Shown here one piece after another: positions 53,623-62,408 of a DNA stretch of 64,000 nt. The position numbers and the translations under genes are program-made. Below the pieces are notes generated by a model that saw only the letters and a list, made by a program, of their open reading frames with translations, did not search any database and was not told the DNA's origin. Origin of the DNA: Rhodospirillales bacterium (lineage in GTDB: Bacteria > Pseudomonadota > Alphaproteobacteria > Rhodospirillales > JASLLZ01); NCBI GenBank assembly GCA_030754885.1, contig JASLZL010000106.1, positions 1,012 through 65,011 on the forward strand, given 5' to 3'. Position 1 is the first letter of the stretch. Each line of letters opens with the position of its first letter.

Positions 53623-55248
53623 TCAGTGCGCCGATTGATGTTCGCCTTGACGGGCCGGTTGTCCTACCACTTCGCTACGCAGCCGGTTGCGGCGAAGCAC
53701 GTTGGCGATGCCCATCTCGGCACGAGACTCCTGCTTGCCCCGGTACAAGTTGTAAAGGATCTTGAACGGCCGCCCCGGTCGGTAGAGCCACGAGGTGCCA
53801 TAAAACAGGCACAGACCGAATATGCGCATGATCTTTAGATTTCGATCGGAGAAGTTTTCACTGTACGACTTGGTCATCGACGCATCGGCATAGGAACGCA
53901 AGCTGTCGTAATAGGCGTTATCTAGCTTGATATTGCCCTGTTGGTAGATTTGGTCGAACAATTCGGAACCCGGATACGGGGAGAACGCCCAGATGCTCAG
54001 ATCATAGGCCCCGGCGAGGGCCATTCGCATGGCAAAGCCGAGCGATTCGCGAACCTCTTTGTAAGTTTCGCCGGGGAAGCCGAGCATGATATTGCATTTG
54101 ACGTTAAGTCCGGCCCGGTAGCTGCTTTTGATCGAAGCCAGAACGGCGTCCGTCGTAATTCTCTTCTTGATGCGCTTAAGCACCGTTGGCGAACCGCTCT
54201 CTGGTGAATAAGACAGATTTCGGCAGCCTGACTCGAAAAGCAACTCCGCCACCTCTTGGTCGATGGCTTCCGATCGGGTTCCGCTTGGTAATTGCCAGGT
54301 AAAGGTCAGGTTGCGTTCCTTGATCTTGCGGCAGAAATCGACGATCCACGACTTCTTCACAATTGCCGTGAGGTCATAGAAATCAAAGTTCTCGGCCCCG
54401 AATTCACGCTGGTAGTATTCAAGCTCGTCCAGCAGCAGGTCCGCATCGCGGGGGATCCACCGCGTCGTCCACATCTGGGGGTTTGAACAAAAGGTGCATT
54501 GATAGGGGCATCCACGGCTGGCCATCACGGGCATGGACCGGCCGCGATTGATGCCGAAACCGTATCCGCGTTCAAGATAAGCCTCGATGGGCAACAAATT
54601 CCACGCTGGCCACGGGATGCCGTCGATGTGACGCGTTCGGGCCCGTCGTTGGTTTGTGACAACGGTGCCGTCCTTGGCTTTGTAGACGACGCCTTCAATG
54701 ACCACCGGGTCGAGTTTGCCCGAAGCGTACATTTGCACGAGCGTCAGAACCGTTTCCTCGCCTTCACCCAGAATCCCGATGTCTAGCTCGCTTTCGCTCA
54801 GGCTTGGTTCGGGCATCGCGGTGATGTGTTCCCCGCCGCCGATCAGCAGGGCATGGGGAAATCGCTCGCGGATAAGGGCGACGAGCTCGCGGCACGGTGG
54901 CCACTCGAACGAGAATCCGGCGGCGACACCGATGATGGTGCAGCCGGGATCAATACGCTCAATGGTCTGCCCGGGCGAAAGGCCATAGAGGAAGCAGTCG
55001 TTGTCATAGGGATGGCGGGTATCAAGGGATTCACCGACGGCATCGATAACATCGACCTCATAGCCGGCGTCCTGCAACGTCCCAGCCACATATGCCAGGC
55101 CGAGCGGCGGCGTGAACATGGTTGTAATGTTATGCCGTGGAACGACAATCGACGGCCGGATCAGGCAGATCTTTGTGGCCTGCCCAGGGGATGGCCCGGT
55201 GGCTTCCGTGCGGCGTGATGCGGTGCTGTCCGCGGTGATTTCGTTCAT
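53623..55248 (-). CDS. B12-binding-domain radical SAM protein (class B)
   Basis: 541 aa. N-terminal cobalamin-binding-like domain (ICLIRPS...PPLGLAYVAGTLQDAGYEVDVID...LIGGGEH). CX3CX2C in ASRGCPYQCTFCS. SPESGS and GFPGET motifs. Confidence 0.85.
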   Translation of the reverse strand: MNEITADSTASRRTEATGPSPGQATKICLIRPSIVVPRHNITTMFTPPLGLAYVAGTLQDAGYEVDVIDAVGESLDTRHPYDNDCFLYGLSPGQTIERIDPGCTIIGVAAGFSFEWPPCRELVALIRERFPHALLIGGGEHITAMPEPSLSESELDIGILGEGEETVLTLVQMYASGKLDPVVIEGVVYKAKDGTVVTNQRRARTRHIDGIPWPAWNLLPIEAYLERGYGFGINRGRSMPVMASRGCPYQCTFCSNPQMWTTRWIPRDADLLLDELEYYQREFGAENFDFYDLTAIVKKSWIVDFCRKIKERNLTFTWQLPSGTRSEAIDQEVAELLFESGCRNLSYSPESGSPTVLKRIKKRITTDAVLASIKSSYRAGLNVKCNIMLGFPGETYKEVRESLGFAMRMALAGAYDLSIWAFSPYPGSELFDQIYQQGNIKLDNAYYDSLRSYADASMTKSYSENFSDRNLKIMRIFGLCLFYGTSWLYRPGRPFKILYNLYRGKQESRAEMGIANVLRRNRLRSEVVGQPARQGEHQSAH

Positions 55249-55418
55249 TCAAGTCTTTCCTATCGATTCGCGGCGCGAAGGTATCAAAAAAACGAAACCG
55301 CGAATACCCGCTATTGAATGGGCGCCGATCAATCCTTTTTCATTTTCGGCGTTACGGGTACTCTCTCCGCCATCGAACACCAAGGCCCGGACGCGGCCAT
55401 CGCCCGAGGGAGGTATCC

Positions 55419-56924
55419 ATGAAGATTGCATTTTCCCAACCTGCTCTGCCCGAGACCGGAGTTCTTGTGGTGACGGCGCTTGAGGGCGCCAAACTGTCCG
55501 ACTCCGCCAAGCAACTTGATAGGCGGATGAAAGAAGGGCTGACCCGGGCCATCAAGGCCAGCCGCTTCAAAGGCGGGAAGTCACAAAGCCTCTCTCTCCT
55601 GGTGCCGGCGGGAACTCGGCTCGACCGGGTCTTGGTGCTCGGCTTGGGTAAGGCGAAAGAGATTGACGCGCCCGGCCTGCAGGCGGCTGGCGGGCGGCTC
55701 TACTCGACGCTTGGGCGTAAGGTCAAGGCCGCGACGGTGGCCGTCGACGCTGTTGACAAGTGTAAGCTGAGCGCGGCCCAGATAGCGGCGGATTTGGCTT
55801 TCGGCGCGCGGCTTAAGTCCTATCGCTTCGACAAGTACCGAACTAAGGAGAAGGCAGAAGAGAAGCCGACCCTGCAGCGTCTCATCTTCGCGTGTTTGGG
55901 CACGACGCGCGCGCGCGCGATTCATCGGGGATTGGACAAGGTGGCCGACGGCATCTTCTTCACCCGTGACCTGGTCTCCGAGCCGCCCAACGTGCTTTAC
56001 CCCGAGACCCTGGCCCGCCACGCCCGAAGCCTGGCCAAACTGGGCGTCAAGGTCGAGGTCCTGGGCATTGCACAGATGAAGAAGCTTGGCATGGGGGCGC
56101 TGCTGGGTGTGGGCCAGGGCAGTGTCCGCGAGTCGCGCCTGGTGGTCATGCGCTGGGACGGTGGAGGGCGACGCGGGCCGGGCCGGGCGTCGGCGCCTAT
56201 CGCCTTTATTGGCAAGGGGGTCACCTTCGACACCGGCGGAATCTCGATCAAGCCGGCAGCCAATATGGGTGATATGAAATGGGACATGGGCGGTTCTGCT
56301 GTCGTCATTGGCCTGATGAAGGCGTTGGCCGGGCGCAAGGCCAAGGTCAACGCCGTCGGCGTGGTCGGCCTGGTTGAAAACATGCCCGATGGCAATGCTC
56401 AGCGGCCCGGAGACATTGTTACTTCCATGTCGGGCCAGACCATTGAGGTGCTCAACACCGATGCCGAGGGGCGCTTGGTCCTGGCCGACGCGCTGTGGTA
56501 TTGCAAGGAGCGTTTCAAGCCAAAGTTCATGATCGATCTGGCGACGCTTACCGGCGCCATCATCATTGCCCTCGGTCACGAGACGGCGGGCATGTTCTCC
56601 AACAACGACGTCCTGGCCGGCCGCCTCGCCGCCGCTGGCAAGGCGGTCCGCGAACCGGTATGGCGCTTGCCCCTTGGCGAGGACTACGACAAGGCTCTCA
56701 AGTCGACAATTGCCGACATGCGCAATATCGGCGGCCGTGCCGCCGGCTCGATCACGGCGGCCCAGTTTCTGCAACGCTTCGTCGGCAAGGTCCCGTGGGT
56801 GCATCTCGACATTGCCGGCGTTGCCTGGTCGGAAAAGGAGGCGCCGACGGCGCCCCGGGGTGGTACCGGCTTTGGAGTGCGTCTCTTGGACCGCCTGGTC
56901 GCCGATCACTATGAGGGACGATAG
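55419..56924 (+). CDS. pepA: Leucyl aminopeptidase
   Basis: ATG at 55419 after GGGAGG (MKIAFSQP...). VGKGVTFDTGGISIKP. NTDAEGRLVLADAL. Confidence 0.95.
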   Translation: MKIAFSQPALPETGVLVVTALEGAKLSDSAKQLDRRMKEGLTRAIKASRFKGGKSQSLSLLVPAGTRLDRVLVLGLGKAKEIDAPGLQAAGGRLYSTLGRKVKAATVAVDAVDKCKLSAAQIAADLAFGARLKSYRFDKYRTKEKAEEKPTLQRLIFACLGTTRARAIHRGLDKVADGIFFTRDLVSEPPNVLYPETLARHARSLAKLGVKVEVLGIAQMKKLGMGALLGVGQGSVRESRLVVMRWDGGGRRGPGRASAPIAFIGKGVTFDTGGISIKPAANMGDMKWDMGGSAVVIGLMKALAGRKAKVNAVGVVGLVENMPDGNAQRPGDIVTSMSGQTIEVLNTDAEGRLVLADALWYCKERFKPKFMIDLATLTGAIIIALGHETAGMFSNNDVLAGRLAAAGKAVREPVWRLPLGEDYDKALKSTIADMRNIGGRAAGSITAAQFLQRFVGKVPWVHLDIAGVAWSEKEAPTAPRGGTGFGVRLLDRLVADHYEGR

Positions 56925-56937
56925 GAGAGAAGGTGGC

Positions 56938-57387
56938 GTGACCGAGGTCGCCTTTTACCACTTGCAACGCTCACCGCTCGATGCGGCTCTGCCCAAGCTT
57001 TTGGAGAAGACCTTGGCAGCGGGCAAGCGGGCGGTCGTCATGGCGGCGTCGACGGAGCGGGTAGAGGCCCTGAACGCGCTTCTGTGGACCTATCAACAAG
57101 ATTCCTGGCTGCCCCACGGAAGCGCCCGCGACGGCAGCCCCGCCGAGCAACCGATCTGGCTAACCACCGACGACGAGAACCCCAACGGGGCGGGGTTCCT
57201 GTTCCTCACCGACGGCGCCACCAGTGCCCGTGTTGCCGATTACGAACGTCTGTTTGAACTCTTCGACGGCAACGATCCAACCGCCGTCGAAGCGGCGCGC
57301 GGCCGCTGGTCGGACTACAAGGACGCCGGCCACGGACTCACCTACTGGCAACAGATCGACGGTGGCGGCTGGCAGGAGAAGAGTTAG
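56938..57387 (+). CDS. holC: DNA polymerase III chi subunit
   Basis: GTG at 56938 (VTEVAFYHLQRSPLDAALPKLLEKTL...). ~149 aa. Conserved pepA-holC pairing. Confidence 0.85.
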   Translation: MTEVAFYHLQRSPLDAALPKLLEKTLAAGKRAVVMAASTERVEALNALLWTYQQDSWLPHGSARDGSPAEQPIWLTTDDENPNGAGFLFLTDGATSARVADYERLFELFDGNDPTAVEAARGRWSDYKDAGHGLTYWQQIDGGGWQEKS

Positions 57388-58031
57388 GGTTCTTCCCGGC
57401 GAAGATAGGCGGGAAGGTCCACCCCTTCGGCCAGTCGCGTGTCGGCAATGGGTTCCCCCAATGTTAGGCGCGTCGGCACGACGCCGGCCCAGACGGGAAG
57501 GGCGTAGTCGGGCTCGTCGTCGACCGGCGGGCCGGTGCGGATCTTGGCCGAGACCTCGTTTAGATCGACGGCCAGCACGGTGGTCGATTTGATCTCTTGC
57601 TCGGTGGTCGGGCGTAACTCGGACCAGCGTCCCGGGGCGATCTTTTCCATGAAGAGTTCCAGGGCGTCCAGCTTCTCCGCCGCGTCCTCGATCAGTTCGG
57701 CGACGCCGTAGACGATCACCGAACGGTAATTGATCGAATGGTGGAATCCCGAGCGCGCCATCACCAGTCCGTCCATCAAGGTGACGGCGATGCAGACTTC
57801 GTTTCCCTTAGCGGCGCGCAGCATGCGGCTGGCCTTCGAGCCGTGGATGTAAAGACGGTTGTCGCAACGCCAATGGGAGGTCGGGATGACGGCGGGCTTG
57901 CCGTCGATGACCGCGCCGATATGGCAAATCAGCGCTTCGTCCAAGATGGCATGGACGGTCTTGTGGTCGTAGTGGCCCCGCTTGGCCGCCCTGACCAATT
58001 TCGTGCGCTTTGTTTTCTCGAACTCTTCCAT
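57384..58031 (-). CDS. Pyridoxamine 5'-phosphate oxidase-family (FMN-binding split-barrel) protein
   Basis: ATG at 58031 (MEEFEKTKRTKLVRAAKRGHYDHKTVHAILDEALICHIG...). Pyridox_ox_2-like pattern. Its stop overlaps the holC stop (convergent). Confidence 0.7.
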   Translation of the reverse strand: MEEFEKTKRTKLVRAAKRGHYDHKTVHAILDEALICHIGAVIDGKPAVIPTSHWRCDNRLYIHGSKASRMLRAAKGNEVCIAVTLMDGLVMARSGFHHSINYRSVIVYGVAELIEDAAEKLDALELFMEKIAPGRWSELRPTTEQEIKSTTVLAVDLNEVSAKIRTGPPVDDEPDYALPVWAGVVPTRLTLGEPIADTRLAEGVDLPAYLRREEP

Positions 58032-58078
58032 GTTTTTACTCCGATTCGTTAAAATTCGTGAAAAGGTTGGCGTTGCCG

Positions 58079-59971
58079 TCAACTGGCTATCTTGGCGTTC
58101 TCCAGGGCTTCGTGGGCTTCGATCCAGACCGTCTCGGCCGCCGCCAGCCCCGCTGACACCTCGGCCAGGCGGACGTGCCGCTTGGTCAGTTCGTCGGCGC
58201 GGCCGGCATAAACCGCGGGATCGGCAAGTTCGGTCTCGATGGCCTCTTTCTGTTTTTGCAGTTTTGCTATGCGGGTCTCGGCGGCAAGGGCTGCGCGGCG
58301 CAACTGGGCCGTCTCGGCACGGGCGGCGGCACGCGCTTGGCGCGCCTGGCGCCGCCCAACCCCGTTGCCAGCGCCGGCGCGCCGTTCGACGCGGCGTTGG
58401 TCGAGGAGGCGCCGGCGATAGTCATCAAGACTGCCGTCGAAGGGCTGGCAGGTCCCTTCGGCGACCAACCACAGACGATCGCATACGAGGTCGATCAGGT
58501 GAGCGTCGTGGCTGACTAAAACCACCGCGCCGGGATAGGCGTTGATGGCCTGTACCAAGGCTTCGCGGGCATCCACGTCCAGGTGGTTGGTGGGTTCGTC
58601 AAGGAGCATCAGATGGGGCGCGCCGACACACATCATGGCAAACAAAAGGCGCGCCTTTTCGCCGCCCGATAGCCCCCTGACGTGCACGTTGGCCCGTTCC
58701 TGGGAAAAGCCGAAACGTCCCAGGTGGGCTCGTACTCGGGCCTCGGGCAGCCCCTCTCGGGTGGTCTCCGCGAATAGCTTGTTGACGTGGGTGAAGGGTG
58801 TTCCCAAGGGCTCTAGCTCTTCGGCCTGATGCTGGGCGAAGTATCCAGAGCTCAGCTTGCGCGACCGTACGACCTTGCCGCCCAGCGGTTGGAGGCGCCC
58901 GGCAATTATCTTGATCAGGGTCGACTTGCCGTTGCCGTTGGCGCCGAGAAGCGCGATGCGGTCGTCCATATCAATTCGTAGATTGAGATCGGTCAGGACC
59001 TCGTCACCGGGGGAATAGCCGGCGGCAACGTCGTCGAGGGCGATCAGGGGCGGAGCCAGGGAATCGGGTTCGGGAAAGTCGAAGGCGACGGTTTTCTTTT
59101 CCACGACCGAGGCGATGGGTTCCATGCGGGCCAGCATTTTAAGCCGGCTTTGCGCTTGGCGCGCTTTCGTGGCCTTGGCCCGGAAACGATCGACGAAGGC
59201 CTCGATGCGCTTGCGCTCGGCCAGTTGTCTCGACTTCATCGCCGATTGGTGGCGCAAGGCCTCGATGCGCGTTCGCTCGAAGCGGTCGTAGCCGCCGCTG
59301 TAAAGAGTGAGCCGGCCGTCGTCGAGGTGGACGATGGATCCCACCGCTTCGTTCAGAAGGGTCCGTTCGTGGCTGATAACGATAACCGTGCCGCGGCTTC
59401 GCGCCAGGTGGGCTTCGAGCCACAGAGTGGCCTCCAAGTCGAGGTGGTTGGTGGGTTCGTCAAGGAGCAACAGGTCGGCCCGGCTGAACAGGGCAGCGGC
59501 CAACGCCACGCGCATGCGCCACCCCCCCGATAACTCGCCGCAGGGCTGTCCCTGGGTTGTTTCGTCGAAGCCCAGGCCGGCCAGGGTGGCGGCGGCCCGG
59601 GCGGGCGCCGAATGGGCCTCGATCCCAGCCAGTCGGTCATGGACCTCGGCCAGGCGCGTCGCGTCATCGGGATTTTCAGCCTCGGCCAACAGGGCGGCGC
59701 GCTCGCCATCCGCCGCCAGGACCGTATCCAACAAGCTTTTGGGGCCGTCCGGCGCCTCCTGGGCGACACACCCGACGCGCGCACCTCGGGTCAGGCCGAT
59801 GGTGCCGGCGTCGGCCTCCACGTCGCCCGTGATAAGCCGGAACAAAGTCGACTTGCCGGCGCCATTGCGGCCTACCAGACCTATTTTATGGCCGCGCGGC
59901 ACAGCCATCGTGGCGCCGTCGAACAGCGTTCGTCCGCCGATACGGTATGTAAGGCCATCGATTCTCAGCAT
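58079..59971 (-). CDS. ABC-F family ATPase (translation-factor type, no TM domain)
   Basis: 630 aa. Two NBDs (GRNGAGKST/LSGGWRMR and GANGNGKST/LSGGEKARL), an inter-domain linker and a C-terminal coiled-coil tail. Confidence 0.9.
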   Translation of the reverse strand: MLRIDGLTYRIGGRTLFDGATMAVPRGHKIGLVGRNGAGKSTLFRLITGDVEADAGTIGLTRGARVGCVAQEAPDGPKSLLDTVLAADGERAALLAEAENPDDATRLAEVHDRLAGIEAHSAPARAAATLAGLGFDETTQGQPCGELSGGWRMRVALAAALFSRADLLLLDEPTNHLDLEATLWLEAHLARSRGTVIVISHERTLLNEAVGSIVHLDDGRLTLYSGGYDRFERTRIEALRHQSAMKSRQLAERKRIEAFVDRFRAKATKARQAQSRLKMLARMEPIASVVEKKTVAFDFPEPDSLAPPLIALDDVAAGYSPGDEVLTDLNLRIDMDDRIALLGANGNGKSTLIKIIAGRLQPLGGKVVRSRKLSSGYFAQHQAEELEPLGTPFTHVNKLFAETTREGLPEARVRAHLGRFGFSQERANVHVRGLSGGEKARLLFAMMCVGAPHLMLLDEPTNHLDVDAREALVQAINAYPGAVVLVSHDAHLIDLVCDRLWLVAEGTCQPFDGSLDDYRRRLLDQRRVERRAGAGNGVGRRQARQARAAARAETAQLRRAALAAETRIAKLQKQKEAIETELADPAVYAGRADELTKRHVRLAEVSAGLAAAETVWIEAHEALENAKIAS

Positions 59972-60159
59972 GGATGGCGTCTTAGCACGGCCGGCGGCAG
60001 CTATTCAAAGGTCTCGTCACCATGTCATGAATCAGTTGCCAGGCGCCTTCGATCTGTTTATAAGGCGGCGCTTCAAGCGAATCTGCACTCAAGAACTTGG
60101 TACGAGTTCCGGCAGGACAATCAAATTAATCATTGATGGCAGTGGGAGGGGCTCACGGC

Positions 60160-60582
60160 ATGGCTGTCGAACGAACCTTGTCGATTATTAAGCCGGATGC
60201 CACGGCGCGTGACATCACGGGTAAAATCAACGCCAAGTTCGAGGGAGTGAGCTTGCGCATTGTCGCTCAAAAACGAATTCGTCTCACCTTGGCCCAAGCG
60301 CAGGCGTTCTACGAAGTGCATGCCGAACGGTCGTTCTATGACGAACTGTGCGAATATATGGTCTCGGGGCCAGTGGTGGTTCAGGTCTTGGAGGGCGAGG
60401 ACGCCATCTCTCACCACCGCGATGTAATGGGTGCCACCAATCCGGCCAACGCTGCCGATGAAACCATCCGCAAGGAATTTGGCGTCACCGTGCAGGAGAA
60501 TTCGGTGCATGGCTCCGACTCGCCGGAAACGGCGGCCCGCGAGATCGCCTTTTTCTTCTCTCAGGTCGAAATCGCCGGGTAA
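60160..60582 (+). CDS. ndk: Nucleoside diphosphate kinase
   Basis: ATG at 60160 after GGGAGGG ([14 protein letters not shown]...). Active-site NSVHGSDS. Confidence 0.95.
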   Translation: MAVERTLSIIKPDATARDITGKINAKFEGVSLRIVAQKRIRLTLAQAQAFYEVHAERSFYDELCEYMVSGPVVVQVLEGEDAISHHRDVMGATNPANAADETIRKEFGVTVQENSVHGSDSPETAAREIAFFFSQVEIAG

Positions 60583-60587
60583 AAAAA

Positions 60588-61262
60588 TTATCGCCGGTCG
60601 ATGGGATTGATCAGCGTTTCCTCGGACGAGTGGACGTCGTCGATCAGCACGCGTTCACTCGCCACGCGGACGCGGCCCTCGGCGATCAGGCTGACGACCA
60701 GCGGATAGATGCGGTGCTCGTGGGTCAAGACCCGCGCCGCCAAGGTGTCGGCGTCGTCGTCTGGATGCACCGGCACTGCCGCTTGGACGATGATCGGACC
60801 GTCGTCCATGGCGGGCCGGACGTAGTGAACCGTGCAGCCAGCAATTCGGACCCCCGCTTCCACGGCCCGTTCATGGACGTTGATACCCTTGAATGCGGGC
60901 AGCAGCGACGGATGAATGTTGATGAGCCGGTCATGCCAGCGATTTACGAATGTATCGGTGAGTAAGCGCATGAAACCGGCCAGGCAGACCAGGCCCACTC
61001 CACTTGCGCGCAGGGTTTTGTCCAGTTCCGCCTCGAAACTTTCCCGGTCGTCGAAGTCTTTGTGGTCAATAACCGCCGTCGCGATGTTCGGCTGCCGGCA
61101 CCGCTCCAGCCCCTTGGCATTCGGGACGTTGGAGACGACGAGGGCGATCTCGGCCGGGTAATCGGGGTTGGCTGAAGCGTCGATGAGGGCCTGCAGATTG
61201 CTACCCCGTCCCGAGATCAGGACGCCCAGTTTTAGTTTTGTGCCGCCTTTCCGTTCCGCCAT
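60588..61262 (-). CDS. purN: Phosphoribosylglycinamide formyltransferase
   Basis: 224 aa. [29 protein letters not shown]. The 5' end overlaps the purM 3' end by 31 nt. Confidence 0.9.
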   Translation of the reverse strand: MAERKGGTKLKLGVLISGRGSNLQALIDASANPDYPAEIALVVSNVPNAKGLERCRQPNIATAVIDHKDFDDRESFEAELDKTLRASGVGLVCLAGFMRLLTDTFVNRWHDRLINIHPSLLPAFKGINVHERAVEAGVRIAGCTVHYVRPAMDDGPIIVQAAVPVHPDDDADTLAARVLTHEHRIYPLVVSLIAEGRVRVASERVLIDDVHSSEETLINPIDRR

Positions 61263-62314
61263 GCTTCTTCCATACCCTTGATGGTTATTGCCGGTTCGTC
61301 GGCTTGTCGCGCCGTCACCACGCCCAACGTGGTCACCTCTTCGCCGGCCTTGCGTAGCGCCGCTTCAATCGTGTCGCCTGCATCGGCCTGGGCGATGACC
61401 ACCATACCGATGCCCATGTTGAAGGTGCGCGCCAATTCGGCTGTCGGCACCTCGCCCTTGTGCGCCAGCCAGCGGAAGACCTCTGGTACGGTCCACGCGC
61501 CGGCGTCGATCTCAACCATCAGTTCGGCGGGCAGAACCCTGGGCACGTTTTCCACGAGCCCGCCGCCGGTAATATGGGCCAGGGCCTTGACGCCACCTGT
61601 CGCGATGGCGGCGAGACAGCCCGGTACATAGATACGGGTCGGCTCGAGCAACGCCTCGCCGAGGCTACGCCCGTCATCGAAAGGCGCCGGCGCGGCATAG
61701 TCCAGCCCGGCCTCGGCGACGATGCGCCGGACCAGGGAAAAACCATTGGAATGGAGGCCGCCGGAGGCCAGGCCGAGCACGCGATCGCCGGCCGTCACAG
61801 CCTCACCGGTCAACAGCTTGTCTCGTTCGACAGCACCGACGGCGAAGCCCGCCAAATCAAAATCGCCGCTGGCGTAGAGGCCCGGCATTTCCGCCGTCTC
61901 GCCACCGATCAAAGCGCACCCGGCCTGTCGGCAACCTTCAGCGATGCCACCGATCACCGCGCGTGCCACTTCCAGCTCAAGCTTGGCGCTGGCGAAATAA
62001 TCGAGGAAAAATAGCGGTTCCGCGCCTTGCACCACCAAGTCGTTGACGCACATGGCGACGAGATCGATACCGACGGTATCGTGGCGTCCCGCCTCCACGG
62101 CGATCTTGACCTTGGTGCCCACACCATCGGTACAAGCGACCAAGATGGGGTCGGCGTATCCCGCCGCCTTGAGGTCAAATAGACCCCCAAAACCGCCTAG
62201 TTCCGAGGCAACACCAGGGCGTCTAGTGGTGCGGGCTAACGGCTTGATGGCCTCGACCAACGCCGCGCCGGCCGCAATATCGACGCCGGCATCCTTGTAA
62301 GGGCTGCGAGTAAT
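61232..62314 (-). CDS. purM: Phosphoribosylformylglycinamidine cyclo-ligase (AIR synthetase), apparent ATT start
   Basis: Track ORF starts at TTG 62260 and lacks the conserved N-terminal YKDAGVDI motif. That motif is encoded in-frame just upstream ([24 protein letters not shown]). The only start-like codon after the in-frame TAA is ATT at 62314-62312, 7 nt after GGAGGG. Confidence 0.85.
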   Translation of the reverse strand: MTRSPYKDAGVDIAAGAALVEAIKPLARTTRRPGVASELGGFGGLFDLKAAGYADPILVACTDGVGTKVKIAVEAGRHDTVGIDLVAMCVNDLVVQGAEPLFFLDYFASAKLELEVARAVIGGIAEGCRQAGCALIGGETAEMPGLYASGDFDLAGFAVGAVERDKLLTGEAVTAGDRVLGLASGGLHSNGFSLVRRIVAEAGLDYAAPAPFDDGRSLGEALLEPTRIYVPGCLAAIATGGVKALAHITGGGLVENVPRVLPAELMVEIDAGAWTVPEVFRWLAHKGEVPTAELARTFNMGIGMVVIAQADAGDTIEAALRKAGEEVTTLGVVTARQADEPAITIKGMEEAWRNGKAAQN

Positions 62315-62408
62315 GTCTTTTCCCTCCGCCGCTACGTGGTAGGTTAAGCGCCCTTAAGGTATGGGGCACTCGATTGAGGCGAAGATACTGTATCCGGGAC
62401 GGTTTTCA

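Noticed and set aside
55249-55418. Possible cobalamin riboswitch upstream of the B12-dependent radical SAM gene
   Set aside because: I could not find a B12-box-like consensus or the characteristic paired regions in the 170-nt leader on the minus strand. cmsearch with RF00174 would be decisive.
62315-62408. Possible purine-related riboswitch (ZTP/pfl or purine class) in the purM leader
   Set aside because: The leader is under 100 nt, and it lacks the conserved ZTP pseudoknot elements and the purine-riboswitch junction sequences by eye.
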